From: an uncultured Acidimicrobiales bacterium
GTDB lineage: Bacteria > Actinomycetota > Acidimicrobiia > Acidimicrobiales > SHLQ01
Reading direction: 5' to 3'
Length of the DNA stretch: 64,000 bases
Assembly (NCBI GenBank): GCA_938041035.1
Contig: CALHYX010000010.1
Span: forward strand, 43,719 to 107,718
The notes beneath the pieces are model-generated. The model saw only the letters and a list, made by a program, of their open reading frames with translations. It had not been told where the DNA came from and searched no databases. A program made the position numbers and the translations under genes. Below, one piece after another: positions 29,716-39,551 of this stretch. Every line of letters begins with the position of its first letter. The stretch's first letter is position 1.

Positions 29716-31227
29716 ATGAGATCGTACGGGGCGCTCATCGGGCTGCTGGCGTTGCTCGCCGGTGCCTGTACTTCCTCGGCACCGACGGACACGGCTGGCG
29801 CGGACACTTCGGCACCCGCCGATACGACGGTCTCGGCCCAAGAGCTCGACCCGACCAATGGCGGCGCTGATGACGGCCACCCGGCGTCCGAGCGCGCCGA
29901 TTCTCCTGACCCCCTCATGGCTCAGCTGGGGTTCGACCGCTGCTCGCGCAGCACCGGGCTCGTTTCCGCGGACCCGTCGTTCTATCGCGACGAGCCGGTG
30001 CATCTCGGCGAGCAACCCCCGGAAGCGTTGGTCGACTGGGCGAAGCGCCAACCGGGTTTCGAGGAGATCTGGATCGACGGCGACCACAACAACTGGTTTG
30101 TCCTGGGTTTCTCCGAAGGCGATATCACGCGGCTGCAGTCAGCTGTCGAAGCCGAGTTCCCGGCAACGGGTGCCGCGGTTGCCTCGGTGTCGACGACCAA
30201 TGCGTATCTGGACCGGTTGAGCGCCGAGGTAATCGAGCTGCTCAACGCCGCGGGCGAGCAGTCGTACTCGGTCGGCGGCAGCGTCGCTTCAGGGATCGTG
30301 TCGGTCGACATCGGCGTGCTCGACGTCGAGACGGTCCAAGCGCTCGAACCGGTGGCGGGCGAGCCGATCTGCCTGACCGGAGCTGATCCGAGGACGGTGA
30401 ACCCCGACCGACCACAGGCCCTGACGGGGGATGGGTGGCGTTTGCTCGGCACGGTCGAAAACGGCCGCGAGTCACCCAACCTCTACACCAGCCAGGACGA
30501 TCTCGACCAAATGAACTGGGCGACCTCGACCTCCGAGGTCTCGGTGGACTTCGAGACAGAGGTGGCTATCCGTTTCGGCCTCTCGCTCCCGTGCACATCG
30601 CAACAACTGCGGTTCACCGACGTGGTGGTGCAAGTCGATCCCGCCGTGGTGTACGCCGAGACGGTCCTGGTGGGCCCGCCGCCGGCGGACTGTGATACGG
30701 CGCTGCGAATTCGCTCGTACGTCGTGGCCGTATCGCGCGACCGGCTGCCCGCTGGGCCGTTCTTTCTGCAGCTCTATCGAACCAAACCTCGGGCGGGTTC
30801 CTACGGCCAGCGGATCCTCGTGGACACCGACCTGACCGTGCCCGGCGCACTAGCGACCCCGGGTGACATCAAACCGAACCCGGACAAAGTCGCTCGCGAC
30901 GAGCGACGGGCCGCCGGAGCTGAGCCCAATGCGGGGCCGGTCATCGCGGCCGGCGGCTACATGGAGCCGGGACCCGGCCACTACCGAATTGGCCTCGAAT
31001 GCAGATTCGACCGGATCGGCCCGATCAACAACATCGTGTGGCGGGCGACGACGCCGAACCTGAGTGCGAACCCGCCGCCGGAGTGGACGCAAGCCGCCGG
31101 TTCCGGCGACTTCTTTCGCGCCGAAATCGAGCTTGCGGCGGGATCACCGCCCAGCCTCACGGTGACCGCAGGCGACCACAGCGAACGCTACGAACCGGCT
31201 CCGGCAGGCACGACCGCCAACTGCTAA
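29716..31227 (+). CDS. hypothetical lipoprotein
   Basis: ATG 29716 gives MRSYGALIGLLALLAGAC, a signal peptide plus lipobox (LAGAC). This is followed by a Thr/Ala/Asp-rich linker and a 450-aa domain of unknown function. Confidence 0.55.
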   Translation: MRSYGALIGLLALLAGACTSSAPTDTAGADTSAPADTTVSAQELDPTNGGADDGHPASERADSPDPLMAQLGFDRCSRSTGLVSADPSFYRDEPVHLGEQPPEALVDWAKRQPGFEEIWIDGDHNNWFVLGFSEGDITRLQSAVEAEFPATGAAVASVSTTNAYLDRLSAEVIELLNAAGEQSYSVGGSVASGIVSVDIGVLDVETVQALEPVAGEPICLTGADPRTVNPDRPQALTGDGWRLLGTVENGRESPNLYTSQDDLDQMNWATSTSEVSVDFETEVAIRFGLSLPCTSQQLRFTDVVVQVDPAVVYAETVLVGPPPADCDTALRIRSYVVAVSRDRLPAGPFFLQLYRTKPRAGSYGQRILVDTDLTVPGALATPGDIKPNPDKVARDERRAAGAEPNAGPVIAAGGYMEPGPGHYRIGLECRFDRIGPINNIVWRATTPNLSANPPPEWTQAAGSGDFFRAEIELAAGSPPSLTVTAGDHSERYEPAPAGTTANC

Positions 31228-31235
31228 TCACCGTC

Positions 31236-31272
31236 CGCGAACCATCTGGTGCCTGGCACCAGATGGTTCGCG
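31236..31272. repeat. perfect 18+18 palindrome cgcgaaccatctggtgcc-t-ggcaccagatggttcgcg (copy 1 of dispersed element; probable terminator hairpin)
   Basis: Starts 9 nt after the lipoprotein stop. Related copies occur at 31335-31366 and 42251-42285. Confidence 0.8.
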
Positions 31273-31334
31273 CGAGGCGTCTCGGGGCTGAAATCTCGTG
31301 AAATTTCAACGATTAGCCCGGCCAGGTGGTCACG

Positions 31335-31366
31335 CTGGTGCCTGGCACCAGATGGTTCGCGGTGGG
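31335..31366. repeat. copy 2 of CTGGTGCCWGGCACCAG palindromic element (left arm truncated)
   Basis: gctggtgcctggcaccagatggttcgcggtgggg shares the right arm and 3' flank with copies 1 and 3. Confidence 0.75.
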
Positions 31367-31497
31367 GTGGGCACCCCATGGCGGGTGGGCGGGAATGGGG
31401 TCAAGATGATGGCTATGGCGAGCCTTGACCGATGGTCCGATTTTGGTGGACGACTACTGAAAGTCGCACTATTTTCACCGATTGGAGAGGTAGTTAG

Positions 31498-32199
31498 TTG
31501 TCCCAAAGGCCCGGGCACCCACGAGGTTGGCCGGGCCCTTCGGACGAGCGGCTTCTTCGAAAGGACCTGGACTCGGTGAGCGAGTTCGTCGACGCGATTC
31601 TCAGCTTCCCCACCGTGATCTTCACGGTCGCGCTCGCGGTGTCGTTGTCCTTCTTCGCCATCACCACGCTCCTCGGCGCCGGCATGGACGCCGACTTCGA
31701 CTTCGACGCCGACATCGACGGTGACCTCGGTGCGAGCCTGCTGTCATCGATCGGACTGGCCGGCGTCCCGATAGCGGTGAGTGCCACCCTCATCTCCCTG
31801 TTTGCCTGGTTCGCCAGCGTCGTCATGACCGAACTGCTCGACGACGGCGGCGATGGCATCGTTGCCGTCTACGCGGTCATCGTGATCGTGCTCGCCCTGA
31901 TCGTGGGAGTCGTGGCGGCCGGGGTCATCGGCCGACCGGTCGGCCGGGCCTTCAACGCCACCCAGAACCGCCGGCGCGGCGACCTGCTCGGCCGGGCCTG
32001 CACCATCACCACGCTGAAGGTCACCGACTCGTTCGGCCAGGCCGAGGTGCCCGACCCCGACGGCGGCACCCTGCTCGTGCAGGTCCGCTCGCTCAAACCC
32101 ACCACCCTTACCGCCGGCGACCCCGCGCTGATCTTCGAACGCGATTCCGACAGCGACGCCTATTACGTCACCCCCCAGGATCCGGAGCTCACCGCCTAA
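31498..32199 (+). CDS. NfeD-like membrane protein (short YuaF/YqiJ type) partner of flotillin
   Basis: TTG start with a GGAGAGG ribosome-binding site. Two TM regions are followed by a C-terminal OB-fold-like segment (GRACTITTLKVTDSFGQAEVPDPDGGTLLVQVRS). The gene sits immediately upstream of an SPFH gene, which is the canonical NfeD position. Confidence 0.6.
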   Translation: MSQRPGHPRGWPGPSDERLLRKDLDSVSEFVDAILSFPTVIFTVALAVSLSFFAITTLLGAGMDADFDFDADIDGDLGASLLSSIGLAGVPIAVSATLISLFAWFASVVMTELLDDGGDGIVAVYAVIVIVLALIVGVVAAGVIGRPVGRAFNATQNRRRGDLLGRACTITTLKVTDSFGQAEVPDPDGGTLLVQVRSLKPTTLTAGDPALIFERDSDSDAYYVTPQDPELTA

Positions 32200-32315
32200 C
32201 CGCACCGCCTAACCACACCGGCCAGTTCGCCCCGCATCTGAACCAACGTTGCCCCTTCCCCGTCACAACCAGCAGTCCCTGAGTGGCCATCACCGGCCAA
32301 AGAAAGCGATTCCCC

Positions 32316-34352
32316 ATGACGATCCTGTCTGTTGTCCTCGTCTTGATAGTCATCCTCGTCGCCGTGGCCATGCTGGTCGCGCTGATGTTCAGCCGATTGT
32401 TCCGCAAGGTCCCCCAGGGCAAAGCGCTCGTCGTGAGTACGATGAACAAGGTCGTGGTGTCGTTCACCGGCCAGATCGTGCTGCCCGTCATCCACAAGGC
32501 CGAGATCATGGACACCTCGGTCAAGACGATCGAGATCGACCGGCGCGGCGCGGAGGGCCTGATCTGTCAGGACAACATCCGGGCCGACATCAAGGTGAAC
32601 TTCTTCGTGCGGGTCAACAACGCCGAGGAGGACGTCATCAAGGTTGCCCAGGCCATCGGCGTCGACCGGGCCAGCCAGCAGGAGACGCTCGAAGAGCTGT
32701 TCACCGCCAAGTTCTCCGAGGCGCTCAAGACCGTGGGTAAGCGGCTCGACTTCATCGACCTGTACACCGAACGCCGCCGTTTCCGCGACGAGATCATCGA
32801 GGTCATCGGGACCGACCTCAACGGCTACGTGCTCGAAGACGCCGCCATCGACTACCTCGAGCAGACACCGCTGATGCAGCTCGACGACACCAACATCCTC
32901 GACGCCCAGGGCATCCGCAAGATCACCGAGCTGACCGCCACCGAACACGTGGCCACCAACGTGGCGAGCCGCGAAGAGGAAAAGCAGATCACCGCCAAGG
33001 ACGTCGAGACCCGGGAAGCGGTGCTCGAACTGCATCGCCAGCAGGCCGACGCCGAAGCCCGCCAGGCTCGCGAGATCGCCACCATGCAGGCCCGCGAACA
33101 GGCCGAAACCATGAAGGTGCAGGCCGAGGAGCGGCTGCGGGCCGAGACCGCCCGGCTCACCATGGAGCAAGATGTCGGCGTGCAGCAGGAGAACCTGCAG
33201 CGCGAGGTCGAGGTCGCCGAGAAGAATCGCCAGCGCATCATCGCCATCGAAGAGGAACGGGTGAAGAAGGCCCGCGAACTCGAGGAGATCTCCCGCGAAC
33301 TCGAAACCACCGGCGCCCAGAAGAGTCTGGAATCCGAGCGGGCGGCCGTCGCCGAGATCGTGCGCAATCGCACGGCCGTCGACAAGACCGTCGCCGAGGA
33401 GGAGGAAGCGATCGCCACCCTGCGCGTGGTCGAGGAGGCCACCCGTAACCGCGACGCCACCGTGATCGCCGCCGAGGCCGAGGCCGAGGGTGCGTTCGTG
33501 AAGGACATCAAGGCCGCCGAGGCCGCCGAAAAGGCCGCCCAGCATCGCGCCACCGAACGGGTCACCGTGGCCAAGGCCGATCTCGAAGCAAGCGACCTCG
33601 ACGCCAAGGCGATGGCTCGCCTGGCCGAGGGTGCCCAGGCCGAAGCGGCCGCTTCGGGTCTCGCCGAGGTGCAGGTGCGCGAGGCCGACGCCATCGCCAT
33701 CGAAAAGGTTGGCCTCGCCGAGGTGCGGGTCAAAGAAGCCGATGCAGGAGCCACCCAGAAGGAAGGCGCCGCCGAAGCGTCGGTGGTGCGCGAGATGGGC
33801 CTCGCCGAGGCCGAGTCGGCCGAAGCCAAACTGCGGGGCGAGGCAGCCGGTCTCACCGACAAGGCCGCGGCCATGCGCGAGCTCGAAGGGGTGGGCCAGG
33901 AGTTCGAGGAATTCACCCGCCGGCTCGAAGCCCAGAAAGAGGTCGACCTCGCCAAGGTTGGCGCCCAGGTCGGCATTGCCAACGCCCAGGCCGACGCCCT
34001 CAAGGCCGGTCTCGAGAGTGCGGACATCGACATCGTCGGTGGGTCCGACATCTTCGTCGACCGTCTCGTCGGCGCGGTGGCGGGCGGCAAGTCCGTCGAT
34101 GCCTTCGTCGAGAATTCCGGCACCACCAACAAGGTGTTCGGTAAGTATCTCGACGGCGATGGCGACCTCGTCGCCGACCTCACCGAGCTCGCCGCCGGAG
34201 TGGGCGGCAACGGCGTGCGCGACCTCACCATCTCGGCGTTCCTCGCCCAGATGATGCGGTCGTCGAGCGGCGAGAACGCCGGCAAGCTCAACAACATCAT
34301 CGAAGCGGTTGCCCGAGAAGGCATCGGCGACCTGCCGATCGGCGAGCTGTAA
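32316..34352 (+). CDS. flotillin-like SPFH/band-7 protein (YqiK/FloT family)
   Basis: An N-terminal TM helix is followed by the SPFH domain (GKALVVSTMNKVVVSFTGQIVLPVIHKAEIMDTSVKTIEID...) and a long EA-rich coiled-coil with flotillin-type AEAEA repeats. The start may alternatively be GTG 32283. Confidence 0.8.
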   Translation: MTILSVVLVLIVILVAVAMLVALMFSRLFRKVPQGKALVVSTMNKVVVSFTGQIVLPVIHKAEIMDTSVKTIEIDRRGAEGLICQDNIRADIKVNFFVRVNNAEEDVIKVAQAIGVDRASQQETLEELFTAKFSEALKTVGKRLDFIDLYTERRRFRDEIIEVIGTDLNGYVLEDAAIDYLEQTPLMQLDDTNILDAQGIRKITELTATEHVATNVASREEEKQITAKDVETREAVLELHRQQADAEARQAREIATMQAREQAETMKVQAEERLRAETARLTMEQDVGVQQENLQREVEVAEKNRQRIIAIEEERVKKARELEEISRELETTGAQKSLESERAAVAEIVRNRTAVDKTVAEEEEAIATLRVVEEATRNRDATVIAAEAEAEGAFVKDIKAAEAAEKAAQHRATERVTVAKADLEASDLDAKAMARLAEGAQAEAAASGLAEVQVREADAIAIEKVGLAEVRVKEADAGATQKEGAAEASVVREMGLAEAESAEAKLRGEAAGLTDKAAAMRELEGVGQEFEEFTRRLEAQKEVDLAKVGAQVGIANAQADALKAGLESADIDIVGGSDIFVDRLVGAVAGGKSVDAFVENSGTTNKVFGKYLDGDGDLVADLTELAAGVGGNGVRDLTISAFLAQMMRSSSGENAGKLNNIIEAVAREGIGDLPIGEL

Positions 34353-34366
34353 GGCCGGTTCGGTCG

Positions 34367-37300
34367 TGACCGATACCGAGACACCAAGCGATCAGGTGGT
34401 CGACACCGCCGACGCGGCCGGCGTGACCGACGATGCCGTCGGCGCGGGCACCTATGACCTGCTCCGCGCTCGCCTCGTCGAGCACGCCGACGAGTTGGGT
34501 CGGCGCGCCAATCAGCTCAACCTCGACCGCCTCGAAACGTTCGGTACCAGCCGGTTCGAGTTGGTCGGCAGCGAGCGGATCCGCACGGAGAACAACTGTG
34601 TGTCGCGCGACATCGTCGCCGTCGGCGACCAGATGTTGTTCGGCTACAACGTGTTCATCGGCCTGCGGACCGAGACGACGATCGACGATGTGCTCAGCCT
34701 GCATCGGCTCGAACGCACGGGTGGCGCCGACGCCGACGATGGCGGCGCCCCTGCGGCCTACGCCCTTTCCCCGCTCTCCGAGGCGAGTGAAAGCGAGGCC
34801 ACCGCCTGGCTGCACGACCCGGGCTTCCTCAATGACTTCCGCGAGCTCACGACCTACTACAAGGACTACAAACTTCTGCAGCTGCGCCGTTCCGGCGGCC
34901 GGCTGCTCGCCGTGTTCCAGATCGGCAAGTCGATCGACGACATCCGGGTGTTTCGCTGGGACGTGAGCCCCGATGGGGTGGCGAGTTACCGCGACAACCG
35001 GGGCGAGCGGGATCACGATTACCCGCCTCAGTTTGGTTTCACCTGGCAGTCGGTCACCCGGGAACATCACGTGGGTGGACGCAACCCGCACGTGAACCTC
35101 GTCGACAAGGTGTTCCTCGATCCGCGGGGCGGCAAGCTCGAAATCCGGCTCGAGGACAACACCGAGACCGGGTTGCTCGTATTGAGCGAGCCGGTGGAGA
35201 ACCCCGACCAATCGGTCGACGACACCTCGATGGCCTTCGCGGTGATCGGCGACCTGGTGCTGGTGCGGGTGCGCCCGTATCTCGAACAGGACGACCGCTA
35301 CTACGTCGTGAACCTGTTCAACCGGTCGGCCCTACGCGTCGACGCCATCGGCCAGTCGTGCCAGATCCTGCCCGAGGACCACGGGGTGATCTTTCCCGGC
35401 GGCTACTACCTGCGCGAGGGCGACACCAAGGTGTTCGACCTCGACACGACCGGTATGGAATTCAAGGTCGAGATCCGGTCGCCGAACGGCGAGGACGTGC
35501 TGTACGCGTTCCACGAACGCGATGGCGGCCGCACGATTCTGCTCAGCTACAACCTGATCCGACGCCATGTCGCCGCGCCGATCAACTGCCACGGCTACAG
35601 CCTGTTCGAGGACGGCACCCTGGTGGTGTTCCGCGACAGCGGCGAGCCCACTCGGGTGCACCCGATGCAGATCTGGGCCACCCCGTTCGTGAGCGATGAG
35701 TTTCAGGCCCGCCAGCCGCTCGGCGACGGCCTGCTCGAGCGCATCGGCAACGCCGAGCTGGTTCGAGGCGTCAGCGAGGCGTTGAACATTCGGCGCCTCG
35801 TCGCCGACGTCGAACCCTCGGGCGCCGTTTTCGAAGACCTCGCGACCAGCACCGTGCGGGTGCTCGATGCCCACACGTGGCTGGTCGACGATGGCGCCGG
35901 CGATCTCGCAGCACCGCTGCGCGAGATTCGGGCGACGTCGGAGCTCATCATCGATGAGTTCGACAAGGCCGAGGCGCTCAAGGCCACCGCCATCGAGGTC
36001 GCCGAGAGCGCCACGAACGACATCGATGAGCTGGTCGATGGCATCCGGCAGAACCGACCGGCCACCACCCAGGCATTCGTCGATGCGTTGCAGCAACTCC
36101 GCCGCCAGCAGGGCCACCTCCTCACGATTCGCGACACCCGGTACATCGATCACGGCCGGCTCGACGCCCTCGATCAGCAGGTGCAGGAATCGTTCGACGA
36201 TCTCTCGGCGAACGCGGTCGACTTCCTCGCGGCCGACACCGCCTTTGCGGGCTTTCACACCGACGTCGAACAGCTGACCGCGACCATCGAGGCGACCGAG
36301 AAGGTCACCGAGGTGGAGCCGCACCTCGAAACGCTGGACGACATCGGGTCGGGCCTCGACCTGCTCGCCGAGGTCGTGGGCGGTCTCGAGATCGACGACG
36401 CCACCGTCCGCACGGGCATCTTCGAACGGGTATCCGGGGTGATGGGGGCGTTGAACCGCACGCGGGCCGTGGCCGAAAACCACCGATCGCGCCTGCGCGA
36501 TTCCGAGAGCAGCGCGGCCTTCGGCGTGGAGTTCGGCCTGTTCTCGCAGTCGGTCACCGCAGAATTGAGCCGCTCGACCTCGCCGGAGAAGGCCGATGCC
36601 GCCCTCGGCACACTGCTCGTGCAGCTCGAGAACCTCGAGAGTCGCTTCGGCGATTCCGACGACTACCTCGACCAGATCGCCACAAAACGCGAGGACGTCT
36701 ACGAGGCGTTCTCCTCGCGCAAGCAAACCCTGATCGACGACCGGCAGAGCTCGGCTCGTCGACTCGTCGACGCCGCCGATCGCATCCTCACCAGCGTCAA
36801 TCGACGCGTCGAGGGGTTCGAGTCGGCCGACGAGATCAACGCCTTCTTCGTGAGCGACCCGCTCGTGGCCAAGGTGCGCTCGATCGCCGGTGACCTCCGC
36901 GACCTCGACGAGCAGGTACGCGCCGACGAGATGCTACGCAACCTCGATACCGCCAAGGAAGAGGCCGCCCGATCGCTGCGCGACCGCACCGACATCTTCG
37001 AGGACGGTGGCCAGGTCATCCGCCTCGGCCGGCACCGGTTCAGCGTCGACAGCCAACGGCTCGAACTCACCACTGCCGCGATCGATGGTCACCTCAACGT
37101 GGTGATCACCGGAACCGACTTCCGGGAGGAGGTTCGTGCGGACCACTACCCCGAGATCGACCTCGACGAGCTGCGCCCGTTCTGGGACCAGACGCTGGTG
37201 TCCGAGCGACCGGACTTCAGCCGTATCGAGTACCTCGCCACCACGATCCTCGCCGGCGCCGCCGACGGAACGGGGCCGGTGACGTTCGCCGACCTGCGAG

Positions 37301-39510
37301 CGGCCGCCGGGAGCCCGCAGCAACTCGAAACCCTGGTCCGGTCAATCGCCGAGCAGCGGGTCGAAGAGGGCTACGACCGCGGGGTCCACGATCACGATGT
37401 GGCGTTGCTGCTCGGCGTTCTGGTCTCGCGCTGGGATGAGATTGGCCTGCTTCGCTACGAGCCCGATGCTCGAGCGCTGGCTCAGATCTTCTGGGCCCAC
37501 GGGCTCGACGATGAGATCGCCCGCGACCTCCTCGCCCGCGGTGTGAGCCTGGGCCGGTTGCGTTCGACGTTCGCCAGGTCGCCGGCCATCGCCGACTTCG
37601 TCGCCGACCTCCAGGCACGCATCGAGGCCTTCGTCGCCGACCGTCCCACGGTGGGCGACGGTGTCGACCCGGCCGCGACCGCCGGGTATCTGTTCGAGGA
37701 GCTGGCTGAGGAACCGCTCGCCTTCGTGGTCAGCAGCGCGGCGTCGGACCTACGCGACGCGCTCCGCCTGCACCACGACACCGTCGGCATCGATGCAACC
37801 GTGGCCGAACTGGACGACCTGGTCGACCGGCATCGGCTCCTGACCGCCTGGTTCAACGCCTTCGCCGAGGCGGAGCGCCCCGAAGCACTCGCCTACGTGC
37901 CCGAAGCGGTTGCGCTCGTCGTGGCCGACGGGCTTCCGCACCAGGCCGGAGCGGTGGACCTCACCTGCGAGGTGTCGAATCTGCTCAGCCAGCACGGACG
38001 CATCTCGGACCAGACGCTGCGGTTTCGCTACGACGAGCTCATGGCCGCGGGCGACGCCTACCGCCGCACGGTTGTGCCCGGGTTCCGCGAGTACCAGACC
38101 ACTCGACACCGGCTGTTGGCTGAGGCTCGCGACCGGCTGCGCCTCGACGAGTTCACCCCGAAGGTGATGAGCGCCTTCGTGCGCAATCAGCTGATCGACC
38201 AGGTCTATCTGCCGCTGATCGGCGACAACCTCGCCAAACAGCTCGGCACGGTCGACGGCGGTCGCACCGACCAGATGGGGCTCCTGCTGCTCATCTCGCC
38301 CCCGGGTTACGGCAAGACCACGCTCATGGAATACGTGGCCAACCGGCTCGGCATGGTTTTCGTCAAGGTGAACGGGCCGGCGCTCGGCCACGGCGTCGAT
38401 TCGCTCGACCCGACCGAGGCGCCGAACGCTACGGCCGCCCAGGAGGTCGACAAGATCAACTTCGCCCTCGAGATGGGTAGCAACGTCTTGCTGTACCTCG
38501 ACGACATCCAGCACACGAACCCCGAGTTGCTGCAGAAGTTCATCTCGATGTCGGATGCTCAGCGCCGAATGGAGGGAGTCTGGAACGGGCGGACCCGCAC
38601 CTATGACCTGCGGGGCAAGCGGTTTGCGGTCTGCATGGCCGGCAACCCCTACACCGAGTCCGGCGATCGCTTCCAGATCCCCGACATGCTCGCCAACCGC
38701 GCCGACACCTACAACCTGGGCGATGTGTTGACCGGCAACGACGGTCTGTTCGCGCTCAGTTATCTGGAGAACTCGCTCACGTCGAACCCGGCGCTCGCGG
38801 CGCTCACGACACGCGATCAGGCCGACACGCTGAAGCTGATCGGCATGGCCCGGGGCGACAGCGTGTCGCCCGACGACCTGAGCCACCCGTATTCGGCGGT
38901 CGAGATCGACGAACTGGTCGCGACCTTCACCCGGCTGATCCGGGTGCAGGAGATCCTGCTGGCGGTCAACCAGACCTACATTTCGTCGGCCTCTCAGGAG
39001 GACGAGTTCCGTACGGAACCTCGCTTCCAGCTCCAGGGTTCGTACCGCAACATGAACCGGTTGGCCGAGAAGGTTCTGCCGGTGATGAGCCCCGAGGAGA
39101 TCGAGGCGCTCGTCGACGACCACTACTCGGGCGAGGCGCAGACCCTGACGACGGGAGCTGAGGCGAACCTGTTGAAGTTGGCCGAGCTGCGCGGCGTGAT
39201 GACCGATGAGCAAACCGAGCGCTGGGACGAGATCCGGGCGGCGTATCAGCGGGTCAAGTTGATGGGCGGCTCCGAGGACGACCCGATGGTTCGCGTCGCC
39301 GGAGCGGTCAGCGGTATCTCGGACCAGCTCCGGTCGATGGCGCAGCGCAGCGGACCGGATGCGGTCGACGTGCTGGCCCGCTTCGATGAGACGCTCCGCC
39401 TGCTCACCGACCGGGCCGAGCGCCGCCGCACCGCAGCGGCACCCAAGCAGCCGAGCCCGCGACCAACCCGGCGATCCACGCTGGCCCCGCCGCCACCCCC
39501 ACCCGAATAG
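34367..39510 (+). CDS. giant (~1715 aa) protein with single AAA_5 (MoxR/midasin-type) ATPase module near C-terminal third and a ~1250-aa N-terminal region with no motifs I can assign
   Basis: Walker A LLLISPPGYGKTTLMEY at about aa 1310, Walker B VLLYLDDIQ, sensor/arginine region CMAGNPYTESGDRFQIPDMLANRADTY. There is only a 14-nt gap after the flotillin stop, so the gene is presumably co-transcribed with NfeD and flotillin. The GTG start at 34367 has AAGG 11 nt upstream. Confidence 0.7.
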
Positions 39511-39551
39511 CGCGGTCGCGGAGGGCCCGGTTAGGAAGCTTGGTCCCGGGA

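Noticed and set aside
31251-31272. TGGCAC core inside the palindromic element resembling a sigma-54 -24 box
   Set aside because: The spacing to any TTGC -12 element is wrong (7 nt, and ttcgc rather than TTGC). It is part of a perfect palindrome, and sigma-54 is generally absent from Actinomycetota.
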